Positions 1 through 9,795 of a stretch of 64,000 bases of DNA are shown here, piece after piece. Both the position numbers and the translations under genes were made by a program. Below the pieces are notes generated by a model. The model saw only the letters and a list, made by a program, of their open reading frames with translations, had not been told where the DNA came from and made no database searches. This DNA is from Acidimicrobiia bacterium. GTDB taxonomy: Bacteria > Actinomycetota > Acidimicrobiia > Spongiisociales > ZC4RG35. The stretch spans positions 392,910 through 456,909 of the forward strand of contig OZ242375.1 of NCBI GenBank assembly GCA_965209025.1, written 5' to 3'. Every line of letters begins with the position of its first letter. Position 1 is the stretch's first letter.

Positions 1-56
1 GCCGTCTCCTGGGGATCCGCATCCTGGTGCTGGTGGACGAAGCCATCGACATATGA
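1..56 (+). CDS. 3' end of an unidentified upstream CDS (partial)
   Basis: In-frame reading ...RLLGIRILVLVDEAIDI ends at TGA 54-56. Too short to identify. Confidence 0.3.
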   Translation, partial: RLLGIRILVLVDEAIDI

Positions 57-123
57 GAGGCTGTATTCTTTCCAGTAGGTCATCGCTACCGCGAAGACTA
101 CCCCCGATAACCGGGGTCTCCGG

Positions 124-1563
124 TTGCATTGGCAGGCGCCGGCACCCGGGAAGAAAGGACGCCCCACCCTGCGGGTACTACTGATCTCCACCTATGAATT
201 GGGTCACCAGCCACTCCATGTGGCATGGCCCGCCGCCGCACTCCTGTCCGCAGGACACTCGGTGCAGGCGATGGATTTGGCGGTGGAGGAGTGGGACGAC
301 GCCAAGGTGGCGTGGGCGGATGTGGTCGGAATCTCCGTGCCGATGCACACCGCTATGCGACTCGGTGTGGAGACCGCCCGCCGGATAAGAACGGCCCGTC
401 CCGGGTTGGCCATCGCCTTCTACGGGCTTTACGCTGCTGCGGCTTCCGACCGCGTGGTGGGCGAGGTGGCCGACCGGGCGATAGCGGGGGAATACACCGC
501 CGAGTTGGTCGACTGGGTCGGGAGGTTGGGACATAGGTCTCTGGAAGGGGCGGTCCCGATCACCATCTCCACGGTTCGTTCCTCGTCTCTGGTACCTGCC
601 CGCGGCCTCTTGCCTGCTCTGGACCGCTACGCCTGCATGAACCATGGGGGAACCAGGAGACTGGTCGGGTACGTGGAAGGGAGCAGGGGATGTCGCCACC
701 GGTGCCGCCACTGTCCTCTGCCTGCCGTGTACGACGGTCGGTACCGGATCGTCGACCTCGAGAGCATCCTGGCGGACCTGCAGTGGCTGACCGAGAACGG
801 AGCCGAGCACATCACCTTCGGAGACCCCGACTTTCTCAACGGGCCGGCGCACGCCCGCCGTCTGATAGAAGCTGCGCATTCGGAGTTTCCCGATCTGACC
901 TTCGACTTGACAGTTAAGGTTGAGCACATCCTCGCCCACAGTTCGATCTGGGTGGAGATGGCGAAGCGCAACGTGGTGTTCGTGGTTTCGGCCTTCGAGA
1001 CGGTCAATGATCGGGCGCTGGCATATCTTGACAAGGGCCACACGGTCTCTGAGTTGCCTCAGGCGGTGACGGTGTTGAGAGAGGCGGGACTAGTGGTCCG
1101 CCCCTCTTGGCTTCCCTTCACCCCTTGGACGGAACTCTCCGACCTGGACGACATCTTTTCCTTCATCGCCGACCAGGGCCTGATGGGAGCCACCGACCCG
1201 GTGCAAATGGGGATACGGCTCCTGGTTCCCGAGGGTTCGCTGGTGCTTTCCATTCCCGGCGCCCGCCGCCAGATCCTGGGCCCCTATGACTTCAGCACCC
1301 TCACCTACACCTGGCAGTCCCCGCATCCCGCCGTCGACGAGTTGCAGCGGAGGGTGCTGGCATTGGCAGAGGAGGGGAGTCGGGGTGAGATGGATCCCCG
1401 GAGCACCCTCCATGCCCAGTGGTCGGCGGCGCGCCGGGCAATCGGAAAACAGACGCCTTCGCTGGGTGAGGTGGATTGGGAAGAGTCGGTCCCCGGACTC
1501 ACCGAGTCCTGGTTCTGCTGCGCGGAGCCCACCGAGATTCAAATGGCGGGTGTCTCAGGCTGA
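124..1563 (+). CDS. CUAEP/CCAEP-tail radical SAM protein with an N-terminal B12-binding-like domain
   Basis: CX3CX2C radical SAM motif (GCRHRCRHCP). N-terminal B12-binding-like fold (LLISTYELGHQP...DVVGISV). C-terminal tail ...WFCCAEPTEIQ matches the CCAEP tail. The start is TTG, so the 5' end is uncertain. Confidence 0.75.
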   Translation: MHWQAPAPGKKGRPTLRVLLISTYELGHQPLHVAWPAAALLSAGHSVQAMDLAVEEWDDAKVAWADVVGISVPMHTAMRLGVETARRIRTARPGLAIAFYGLYAAAASDRVVGEVADRAIAGEYTAELVDWVGRLGHRSLEGAVPITISTVRSSSLVPARGLLPALDRYACMNHGGTRRLVGYVEGSRGCRHRCRHCPLPAVYDGRYRIVDLESILADLQWLTENGAEHITFGDPDFLNGPAHARRLIEAAHSEFPDLTFDLTVKVEHILAHSSIWVEMAKRNVVFVVSAFETVNDRALAYLDKGHTVSELPQAVTVLREAGLVVRPSWLPFTPWTELSDLDDIFSFIADQGLMGATDPVQMGIRLLVPEGSLVLSIPGARRQILGPYDFSTLTYTWQSPHPAVDELQRRVLALAEEGSRGEMDPRSTLHAQWSAARRAIGKQTPSLGEVDWEESVPGLTESWFCCAEPTEIQMAGVSG

Positions 1564-1616
1564 CGATTCGGCCGGCAATGCGCCAACGAGAGCCTGTTGT
1601 AGCTACCCACCCGGCT

Positions 1617-1628
1617 TTTTCGCGAAAA
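1617..1628. promoter_or_regulatory. perfect 12-bp palindrome TTTTCGCGAAAA, first of four TCGCGA-core boxes in the 1564-1935 convergent intergenic region
   Basis: Further boxes at 1638-1648 (tctcgcgaaat), 1691-1705 (aaactcgcgaaaaa) and 1865-1876 (tctttcgcgatc). Related boxes elsewhere at 14017-14029, 56123-56134 and 56400-56407. Confidence 0.4.
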
Positions 1629-1935
1629 CTGTCACTGTCTCGCGAAATCCCCCTTCCGGGCCCGTCCCCCGCCACCACCACCGAGCTCGGAAACTCGCGA
1701 AAAACCAGGTTGGGGTCACCTCCGGCTGGGAGGCTTTCCAACGACAAACCAACGGGATTTCTACGGTCCGGATGAGCTCTGACCCGGACCGGTTGGCGCA
1801 ATGTGCAGCAACAGTCATCATGGAGCCGACCGGTGGGATGACGTCAACCCGTTTGAGGCGAATTCTTTCGCGATCTTCCTGTTCTTTGGTCCTGCCGGGT
1901 CAAACAGGCCCGCCGCACGGCTCCGGTGGTTGGAT

Positions 1936-3366
1936 TCAGCGGTAAGAGAGGCACCTCTGCTCGAAGGGGCACGTGCCGCACCACTCGCCCACCCGGAAGG
2001 GAGGTGAGGTGGCGTCGAGGGGGTCCCATCGGGCGGCGGCCTCCGCCAGGCTCCCCAACCGGGACGTCACCTCACCGATCCGGTCCCGTTCCCAGACCAC
2101 TCGTTCGCAGACCGGGTCTCTCCCTACGGCGAGATGGTGGGTGTGGGTGGCGACAGCAGGAGAGTTGGGAAACCGGAGCAGCGCCCCAAGGGCATAGATC
2201 TCGGCTTCGTGAGGGTTGGATCCTCCCGAGAGGCCGGTCTTGTGGTCGATGGTCGCCGGCGTGGCGTCGGGTTCCCGTCCCACCGCGTCCGCCAGACCGT
2301 AGGAGACCACCGAGACACTGTTGCCGTCGACCCGGAAACGGATGGTGAACCCCAGTGGGAACTCGGTCGCCTTGACACGGACGGGAGCAGCGCATGGAAG
2401 GTTCTGATGCTGAAGGTAAAGAGGCTCCATCTCGGGATCGCCGCGAAAGTGCGAACCCGGGTCATCCGACAGAAGCGCCTCGGCCATCAGGCGGTGGAAC
2501 CTGCTCCCGACCGTCAGGCCCGGAGAGGTTTGGCGGAACTTGTGGTCGAGATCGGCCGGGATGGAGAACCAGGCTCTCCAGGCCGCCCTTCTTTGGCAGA
2601 AGTCCATGTCCTCGAGTCGGGACTTGGAGAGCATTATCCGGTAGGCGGAGGGCAGCCGGCGTTTTCTGTGTGGGGCTACCGTCTCCATTGACGGATCGAT
2701 GGCCGGAAACGTCCTGCACAGGTCGGCCACGTCGCACATCGAACAATGGGAGCCCGGGTGAATGCCGTCCGGATCGGCTCCCACCATGGCCTGGTAGTCG
2801 CTCTCCAGGTGCGTCAGCGTCTCCCGGGCTTTGTTCGGGTCCATCTCCAGGCGGATCATCTCACCGTCGGCGGTCCTTATCTCATAGGCCTCCAACGAGC
2901 GGGGGAAGCGAGGGTCGGAGACAACGGTGGCGATCTCTTCGGGGGCGGAGACGAACTCCTCTCCTTCCTTGACCTGGGCTGTCTTCAACCGGTACATCTT
3001 GATGAACCCATCCGAGTCGGCGTGGACGAACTGAAAGAAGACCTCCAACTCCTGGTCGGCGATCGGATGGCTCAAACGGGGCCAGTCGAGGTCGAATTCT
3101 TCCCGGTCCGGGCCCGGCAGGAGGGGTTTGGCTCTCTTGATCTGGGCGGCCACGATTGCCGCCTGCACCGCGTCGAAGGAGTCCTCCGACCCGGTGGCGG
3201 GGCGTCCACCGATCAACTCGGTGGAGAGCGCTGCCCAAGTCGCCTTCCAGCGGCGAAGCGGCGGAGCGTTCCGGTTGGTTGTGGGTGGCTGGGTTCCCAG
3301 GTTTGCAAATGCGCCGGGGCAGATTCGCTTGCTCTGCTTGCCCACCAGGTCCTTGGGGGTGCTCAT
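1936..3366 (-). CDS. PD-(D/E)XK (RecB/Cas4-like) nuclease with a 4-Cys cluster and an uncharacterised ~250-aa N-terminal domain
   Basis: C-terminal half carries DFCQRR...IDHKTG...[11 protein letters not shown], which is the Cas4/AddB-type C...CxxCx5C pattern plus a D-x-K-T/S-G catalytic box. The N-terminal half has no recognisable motif apart from an [11 protein letters not shown] knuckle. Confidence 0.6.
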   Translation of the reverse strand: MSTPKDLVGKQSKRICPGAFANLGTQPPTTNRNAPPLRRWKATWAALSTELIGGRPATGSEDSFDAVQAAIVAAQIKRAKPLLPGPDREEFDLDWPRLSHPIADQELEVFFQFVHADSDGFIKMYRLKTAQVKEGEEFVSAPEEIATVVSDPRFPRSLEAYEIRTADGEMIRLEMDPNKARETLTHLESDYQAMVGADPDGIHPGSHCSMCDVADLCRTFPAIDPSMETVAPHRKRRLPSAYRIMLSKSRLEDMDFCQRRAAWRAWFSIPADLDHKFRQTSPGLTVGSRFHRLMAEALLSDDPGSHFRGDPEMEPLYLQHQNLPCAAPVRVKATEFPLGFTIRFRVDGNSVSVVSYGLADAVGREPDATPATIDHKTGLSGGSNPHEAEIYALGALLRFPNSPAVATHTHHLAVGRDPVCERVVWERDRIGEVTSRLGSLAEAAARWDPLDATSPPFRVGEWCGTCPFEQRCLSYR

Positions 3367-3437
3367 CTGTGAGGCTCAGGGAGGGAGAAGGAGCGATGAT
3401 TCATCGGACGGCGGAGGTTTCTGCCATCATGGCGGAG

Positions 3438-3893
3438 ATGCGAGCAGTGGTGCAAAGAGTCTCCTCGGCGCGGGTGGTGGTGGATGGGGAGACGGTGGGC
3501 GAGATCGCCGGTGGCCTCCTGGCCCTGGTGGGCGCCACCCATGAGGATACGCCGGAGGATGCCCGTGCCCTGGCCCGAAAGATCGCAGGCCTCCGGATCT
3601 TCTCGGATTCCGATGGGAAGATGAACCTGTCCGTGGCGGACACCGGGGGAGCGGCGCTGGTGGTCAGCCAGTTCACTCTGTACGGTGACGTTCGGAAGGG
3701 CCGCCGCCCGTCTTTCGTGCGGGCGGCGCGGCCCGAACCGGCGGAGCGATTGGTGGATGAGGTGGCGGCTGAACTGCGGGGGAGGGGGGTGCCGGTGGCC
3801 ACGGGACGGTTCGGCGCCATGATGGAAGTCTCCCTTACCAACGACGGCCCGGTCACCATCCTGGTGGAGACGAGCGACGGCCGGATCGCCTGA
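3438..3893 (+). CDS. dtd: D-aminoacyl-tRNA deacylase
   Basis: MRAVVQRV...SQFTL...GRRPSF...NDGPVT is collinear with E. coli Dtd over about 150 aa. Confidence 0.85.
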   Translation: MRAVVQRVSSARVVVDGETVGEIAGGLLALVGATHEDTPEDARALARKIAGLRIFSDSDGKMNLSVADTGGAALVVSQFTLYGDVRKGRRPSFVRAARPEPAERLVDEVAAELRGRGVPVATGRFGAMMEVSLTNDGPVTILVETSDGRIA

Positions 3894-4055
3894 CCGGTTC
3901 AGGGCGCGGCCCGTGGTCTTGCCGAGTGGGACGACCCCCGACTCCTTCTGGTCTACGGAGGCTTCCCTCTGTTAAGGTAGGAATATGTCGAGTGCGATAG
4001 ACGCCGACGGGACCCGTCCGGGCTCTTCGGCCATGAAACGCCTCTGAGGATCACC

Positions 4056-6548
4056 ATGTTCCGATGGCAGGCCCGCGGCATCCAGAGAGCGCCCAAGCAG
4101 GTCCTGGCGGCGGTCCTTGCCATCACCGCGGCGCTGCTTGCCGGGTTCGCCGTGCAGGACGTTCCACCGGCGCCCATCGACGCCACCGCTTCTTTCCTCC
4201 CTGTCGAGAGCGAACTGGCTGAAGCGTCCTCCGCCGTCCGGGAGAGCTTTCCGGCTTCCGCGGGTGTGGAGATCGTCCAGGTCCTGGCCAGGGGAGATGT
4301 TCTCTCCGCCACTTCTCTCCGGCAGGTCAGCGACCTGCTGGCCAGGATCGTCAGTGATCCGATGGTCGAACCGTTCGTCGTCGACGATCCCCTGGCCGGT
4401 TACGTTCCGATAACAGAGCGTCTCCTGGCCGCGGGAGGGCTGGACCTGGCCACGGTCTCCGACGCCGAACTGGAAACGGTCCTGGCGCGAGCGGTCCGGG
4501 AGTCCGAGTTCGCCGAAGCCAATGCCGGTCTGGAGCGTTTCGTCCCTCGAGACGCATCCGGGACACCTGTCGCCGGACTCTCTCTGGTAACTCTCAACGA
4601 GGCCGGTGACCCATTGGGGCTGCAGGCCGCCCAACTGCGCGCCCACGAAATCACCGACTCGTCCGACCTGGCACCGTTGGCGGTGTCTGCGATCACCAAG
4701 GCGAACAGCAACACCGAGGGGAGGCAGGCTCGCCAGTCGAGCCTGTTCCTCCTGATGGGCATCGCACTGGTGGTGATCATTGTGCTGCTGGCCGTCTTCT
4801 ACCGCACCGCCTCGGACGTGGCCCTGGCCATTGTGGGGCTCCTGCTCACCATCCTCTGGACGTTCGGCGCCCAGGCGTGGCTGTCGCCCGGCGGGGCCGG
4901 CCTGGTGGATCCGGAGAACATCATGATCGTTCTGGTGCCGGTCCTTTTGATCGGCCTTTGCGTGGACTATGCCTTGCAGATCACCGGGCGCTACCGGGAG
5001 GCGTTGGCATTAGAAGGCCGTGCGAGTGGGGATTCTCCTCGGTTGGCAGCCGGGGAGGCCGTCCGGTCATCGGGGCTTCCGGTCATGCTGGCGGCGGCCA
5101 CAACGGCGGTGAGCTTCCTGACCAACCTGACCAGCAAGTTCGAGCCGGTGGCCGACTTCGGGCTGGTGGCAGGCATCGGCGTCCTCTCAGGTTGGATCGT
5201 GATGACTACCTTCGTGCCCGCCGCGCGGCTGGTGCTCGACAGCGGGAACCTGCGCAAAGGACGGGGCCTGGCGGCCAGGCCGGTGGCCGAGACGATACCG
5301 GGCGCCGGAGCGGTCCTCTCCCGGGTGGCGAACACGGTCGTACGCCGCCCGCTGCCCATCCTGGGCGGCGCCATCGTGGTCACGATCCTGGCCGCGGTCG
5401 CCTCCACCGGTCTCGACACCACCTTTGCCCTCAAGGACTTCGTGCCCCGCGGCTCCGAGACCGAGAAGAACATAGAGTTCCTGGAGGAGAACTTCGACGG
5501 CGGCGCCTCCACCATGACCATCCTGATTGAGGCCGACCTGGCCACCGTCCGGTCCCTCCGCGACCTGTTCGACTTCTACACCACTCTCGCCGACCCTCGC
5601 AGGAGGCCCGAGGGCGTCGCCGGCCCTCCCCTGGCGTCGGCGGGGACCTTGTTGGTGGACTGGATCAACCAGAGCGGGCTTCCCGGCGACAACTACGATC
5701 CGGCCTTCGCAGCCGCCTACGCCGATCTGGACCTCGATGTCTTCGCCCCCGACGAAGAGGTCCGGGCCGCATGGGCGCTTCTCGAAGGGGCCGATCCAGC
5801 CGGCTTCGCCAGGGTAGTGGACTTCCGATCCGGGGGCCCGGACCGCACCATCCTCCAGGTACCGGTCACGGTGGAAGGCGTCGAGGCTTCCCGGGAGTTG
5901 ATCGCCGAGCTAGAGGCGCTGTGGGGAGGAGACAGTTCTGAGATCACCATCACCGGCGGCGACTCCCTGATCGCCCTGGTGACCGAGGAGTTGACCGCCA
6001 GCCAGGTGGTCAGTGTGGGCCTTACCACCCTGGCCGCGTTGCTGATCCTGGTGCTCTTCTTCGGCGTCACCGAGTTCCGTCCGGCCCTGGGGCTGATCAC
6101 TATCGCCCCCATCGCCGTGGCCCTGGTCTGGGTGCTGGGAGCGATGTGGGTGATGGGGATCTCCTACAACATGGTGACGGCGCTGATCACGGCGCTCACT
6201 ATCGGCATCGGGGTCGATTACACCATCCACCTCACCCATCGGTTCCTGGAGGAGGAACAGGAGTCGCGCCGCATCCGCCACGCCATGCAGCGGGCCATGA
6301 CCACCACCGGCGGGGCGCTGCTGGCCAGCGCTCTCACCACGGCCATCGGGCTCCTCGTCCTCCTTTTCGCGCCGCTTGATCCGATGAGACAGCTGGGCAT
6401 GCTGACCGCGGTCACGATCCTGCTGGCCCTGATCGCCGCCTTCGTGGTGCTTCCTCCCTTGCTGGTGCTGTGGGCGCTTTACCACCGCTGGCGCACCCAC
6501 GAGTTCGGTCCCGATAGTCACCATCCGGCGCCGGAGGGCGGCGGCTGA
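4056..6548 (+). CDS. MMPL/RND-superfamily membrane transporter
   Basis: 830 aa with two blocks of hydrophobic helices separated by periplasmic loops, the typical MmpL architecture. An ATG start with GAGGA sits upstream. Confidence 0.75.
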   Translation: MFRWQARGIQRAPKQVLAAVLAITAALLAGFAVQDVPPAPIDATASFLPVESELAEASSAVRESFPASAGVEIVQVLARGDVLSATSLRQVSDLLARIVSDPMVEPFVVDDPLAGYVPITERLLAAGGLDLATVSDAELETVLARAVRESEFAEANAGLERFVPRDASGTPVAGLSLVTLNEAGDPLGLQAAQLRAHEITDSSDLAPLAVSAITKANSNTEGRQARQSSLFLLMGIALVVIIVLLAVFYRTASDVALAIVGLLLTILWTFGAQAWLSPGGAGLVDPENIMIVLVPVLLIGLCVDYALQITGRYREALALEGRASGDSPRLAAGEAVRSSGLPVMLAAATTAVSFLTNLTSKFEPVADFGLVAGIGVLSGWIVMTTFVPAARLVLDSGNLRKGRGLAARPVAETIPGAGAVLSRVANTVVRRPLPILGGAIVVTILAAVASTGLDTTFALKDFVPRGSETEKNIEFLEENFDGGASTMTILIEADLATVRSLRDLFDFYTTLADPRRRPEGVAGPPLASAGTLLVDWINQSGLPGDNYDPAFAAAYADLDLDVFAPDEEVRAAWALLEGADPAGFARVVDFRSGGPDRTILQVPVTVEGVEASRELIAELEALWGGDSSEITITGGDSLIALVTEELTASQVVSVGLTTLAALLILVLFFGVTEFRPALGLITIAPIAVALVWVLGAMWVMGISYNMVTALITALTIGIGVDYTIHLTHRFLEEEQESRRIRHAMQRAMTTTGGALLASALTTAIGLLVLLFAPLDPMRQLGMLTAVTILLALIAAFVVLPPLLVLWALYHRWRTHEFGPDSHHPAPEGGG

Positions 6549-6567
6549 TCCGAGACTCCCAGTCCGG

Positions 6568-9500
6568 TCAGGCCCTTCTGCCGATCGACCCAACGTAGGC
6601 CTTCCCCTCCGGGCAGACTTGGAAGAAGTCGCATCCTCGGCAGTCCGCCGATGGAGTGGGATCCCACCGTTCGTCCCAGATTGAGCGGGCCATGCCGTCC
6701 AGGCGCCTTCGTGCGGCGTCCAGCCACTCGCTGTCTACCTGCTCCGCGCTCGGGATCTCCGCCAGTCCGCCACCTCCCAGGTAGGCGATGGTCACCGACA
6801 GGTCGCCGGGGGCCGGGCCCAGTTCGGGGATCTCGCTCACTGCCAGGGCGTACACCTGCATCTGCGCCAAACGGGCCCCATGGGGATCGTCGCCCGGTGG
6901 GCGGCCCGACTTGAAGTCCACGATCTCCCAGGCGCCTGACTCCCTCCGGTAGACGGCGTCGATCCGTCCCCTAACCAGAAACCCCTCGCCCAACCGGAGT
7001 GTGAACCCCTTCTCCAGCCACTGGATCTTCATCTTCGAAAAGCGGGATTTCAAGAAGACGTCGAAGGGGTGGGCGCCCTCCGCCGAATCGACGGGCCGGT
7101 CGTCACCGGTGAGTTCCCGGAACTCGTCATCGGGTTCCAGCAGGGGGACCTTGCCCTGGTGATGTAGCTCGATCTGCCGATGGATCCGGGTCCCCCGGCG
7201 GGTTGCGTAGGAGTAACTGCGGGGAAGGGGGTCCACGGCTGTCCAGAAGTACTTCTTGGGGCACTGGGCGTAGGTGACCAGGCCGGTGGCCGAGGTGGAG
7301 ACCTCCCTGAGGGTGCTTTCGGGTGTCGGATCGGGTAGACGGAACAGGAGGCCCGAGAAGTCCTCCAAGGCTGCCTGGTATTCCTCTTCGACCTCTTCCC
7401 GGCGGGCGATCCCCGCCGGCCAGTCGGCGTCTTCGAGAGCGCGGCGGATTCCCTCCGGCCACCCTCGGTCACCGAAGAGGGGGTCGGGGTTGTGGAGGGC
7501 CTGGGCGGGGGTGGCGAAGCTCTCGGGACGGGGCGGGGCTGGATAGGTCCGGTCCAGTTCTCCGGTCGGATCCCGGTCGGAGGCCTGGCCGGTGGCGGCC
7601 TGCCAGGCCAGTTTGAAGAACTCGCTCTGGCGGGGGAGTTGAGGTCGCATGGTGGGCTCGGGATACCCGTACCAGTGCGCTCCCGAGAGGACCAATTCTT
7701 CCTGGGCTCGGGTGGCGGCCACATAGGCGATCCGCCATTCCTGCGACCGGTGTTGGGCCTTGACCTCCTCGGCGGTCCTGTGGAGGAGGCCGGTGAGCCG
7801 GGGGGTGTCCATTCCCGGAGTGATCGGCTCATAGGGCGGAGGGTCGATCCGCCACTCCCAGGGAATGGTCTCGGCTTTCCGGTAGGGATTGTCGTATCCG
7901 CCCACCGCCTGTGACGGGAAGTTTCGATTGTAGATGGCGGGCACGAACACCACCGGCCACTCGAGGCCCTTCGCCTTGTGGACGGTGAGCAGCGCCACCG
8001 CGTCCTCATCGGAGAGGCGAGCGGCATCCACCTCTTCGGCAGGCTCCTCCAAGAGGGCGTCGAGGTAGTCGAGGAATCCCCCGATGGTGGACTGGCCCTC
8101 GAGGGGCGACCAGTCTTCCGCCAACTCCAGGAAACGGTAGAGATTGAGGCGCGCCGACAGTCGGGTGTTGGGTGACATCGATTCCACATCCGCCCAGACT
8201 CCCGTCTTCTCGAGGACCGTCCGGCAGGCGTCTCCGGCCGATCTGCCCTGGCAAACCCCGAGCAGTTCCCGGTATTCGGCGTGAAAGCGTCCGAACGCCT
8301 CGACCTGGGAGTCGGAGAGTTCATCCCAGAACCCATCGTCTTCCAAGCCGTCCAGAAGGGCGGGTTGCCCCTCGGGGCGGCGGCGGGCAAACCGGCTCAG
8401 GATCCTGATTTCCCCCAGGCCAAGCCGGAACCGGCTTCCGCTCAACAGCCGGGCGGCGGCCACCCGGTCATCGAACCTGCCGATCACCTTCAGCCAGGAA
8501 TGGATCTCCACCACTTCGGGGACGGCCAGCAGGCCCCCCAGGTTTGCGACTTCGGCGGGGATGTCGTGGGACACGAGTTGTCGATACACCCCGGGCATGT
8601 CCTTGGTCTTGCGGAACAGCACCGCCATCTCCCGCCAACTCTTCCCCTCCCGTCGGCGTTCGATCAACTGCTCGGCTATCCAGGCCGCTTCGTCGATGAA
8701 GGTGGGATGCCACTCGGCGGTCACACCTGAGCGTGGCGCCTCCGGGAGAGGCTGGAGGCCGGGGGTGTCGGAGCCGATCTCATCTTTTATCCGGTTGGCG
8801 AAGTGGATGATCTCGGGTCCCGAGCGCCGGTTGAGGGTGAGATTGAGGGTCTTGGCCGGTGTTCCGTCCCCTGCGGGAAAGTGGGTGGGAAAACTCCGGA
8901 AGTTCTCCAGGGACGCTCCCCGCCACTCATACAGGGTCTGGTCGGAGTCGCCCACCACCGTCAGGGGAAATCCGTCACCGAAGAGCAACTGGAGGATCAC
9001 CCGCTGGGCGGCGTTGGTGTCCTGGTATTCGTCGGCCACCGCGGCCCGGTAGCGGTCCCTGATCCGCTGGGAGATCTGGGGTTCGGTCTCCAGGATCCGG
9101 TGGGCAAGGCCGATCAGGTCTCCGTAGTCCACCACCCCGAGCCTCCGTTTGTATTCCTGGTACCCGCGGGCCGCTTCCACCATTCCCCGCCGTTTGGCGA
9201 AGGACGCCACCAGTCGCTCGTAATCGGCGAGGTCGCCCTTGCGGCGGAAGCGGGCGCCGTCCAGCAGGGGGATCTCTGTAGTCAGCATTTGTTCGTCCAC
9301 CCGGTCGGGATCAACCAGGTGATCGGCCAGGGAGGACGAGAAGCGGATGATCGCTCCCGGAAGATAGAACATGTCGGTGTTGTCCAGCGCCGAGAGGGCG
9401 TTCTCCCTGATAACCCGCTTGACCAGTTGGCGAGTTTGCGCGGGGCCGATGATGGAGAGACCACTCTCCAACCCCAGCACTGCCCCGAACTCGGTCACCA

Positions 9501-9795
9501 GCTGGGCGCAGAAGCCGTGATAGGTGTTGACCTGGGCCTCCCTGAGGGGATCGGCTGAGTCGGAGAGCACCTCTTGGATCTTGTGGGAAAGTTCCTCGGC
9601 CGCCTTGTTGGTGAAGGTCAGTCCCAGAAGCTGTTCCGGCGGCACCCCCTCATCCGCCACCAGTCTTGCCATGCGGTAGGAGACCGTGGTGGTCTTGCCT
9701 GTTCCGGCCCCTGCCGACACCCGAAGCGGCAGAAGGGGGTAGTCGACCACGGCCTGTTGCTCGGGGGAGAGCCGGATGGGGAGAGAGCGGCTCAC
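6568..9795 (-). CDS. adnB: AdnB-like helicase-nuclease subunit (UvrD-like motor plus C-terminal RecB-like Fe-S nuclease)
   Basis: LSPEQQAVV...AGAGTGKTT Walker A with UvrD-family helicase motifs. C-terminal AQCPKKYF...VDFKSGR...CRGCDFFQVCP. The start is placed at GTG 9795, which overlaps the adnA stop (GTGA coupling). The 157 aa of ORF upstream of that lie inside adnA and are not expected to be translated. Confidence 0.8.
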   Translation of the reverse strand: MSRSLPIRLSPEQQAVVDYPLLPLRVSAGAGTGKTTTVSYRMARLVADEGVPPEQLLGLTFTNKAAEELSHKIQEVLSDSADPLREAQVNTYHGFCAQLVTEFGAVLGLESGLSIIGPAQTRQLVKRVIRENALSALDNTDMFYLPGAIIRFSSSLADHLVDPDRVDEQMLTTEIPLLDGARFRRKGDLADYERLVASFAKRRGMVEAARGYQEYKRRLGVVDYGDLIGLAHRILETEPQISQRIRDRYRAAVADEYQDTNAAQRVILQLLFGDGFPLTVVGDSDQTLYEWRGASLENFRSFPTHFPAGDGTPAKTLNLTLNRRSGPEIIHFANRIKDEIGSDTPGLQPLPEAPRSGVTAEWHPTFIDEAAWIAEQLIERRREGKSWREMAVLFRKTKDMPGVYRQLVSHDIPAEVANLGGLLAVPEVVEIHSWLKVIGRFDDRVAAARLLSGSRFRLGLGEIRILSRFARRRPEGQPALLDGLEDDGFWDELSDSQVEAFGRFHAEYRELLGVCQGRSAGDACRTVLEKTGVWADVESMSPNTRLSARLNLYRFLELAEDWSPLEGQSTIGGFLDYLDALLEEPAEEVDAARLSDEDAVALLTVHKAKGLEWPVVFVPAIYNRNFPSQAVGGYDNPYRKAETIPWEWRIDPPPYEPITPGMDTPRLTGLLHRTAEEVKAQHRSQEWRIAYVAATRAQEELVLSGAHWYGYPEPTMRPQLPRQSEFFKLAWQAATGQASDRDPTGELDRTYPAPPRPESFATPAQALHNPDPLFGDRGWPEGIRRALEDADWPAGIARREEVEEEYQAALEDFSGLLFRLPDPTPESTLREVSTSATGLVTYAQCPKKYFWTAVDPLPRSYSYATRRGTRIHRQIELHHQGKVPLLEPDDEFRELTGDDRPVDSAEGAHPFDVFLKSRFSKMKIQWLEKGFTLRLGEGFLVRGRIDAVYRRESGAWEIVDFKSGRPPGDDPHGARLAQMQVYALAVSEIPELGPAPGDLSVTIAYLGGGGLAEIPSAEQVDSEWLDAARRRLDGMARSIWDERWDPTPSADCRGCDFFQVCPEGKAYVGSIGRRA

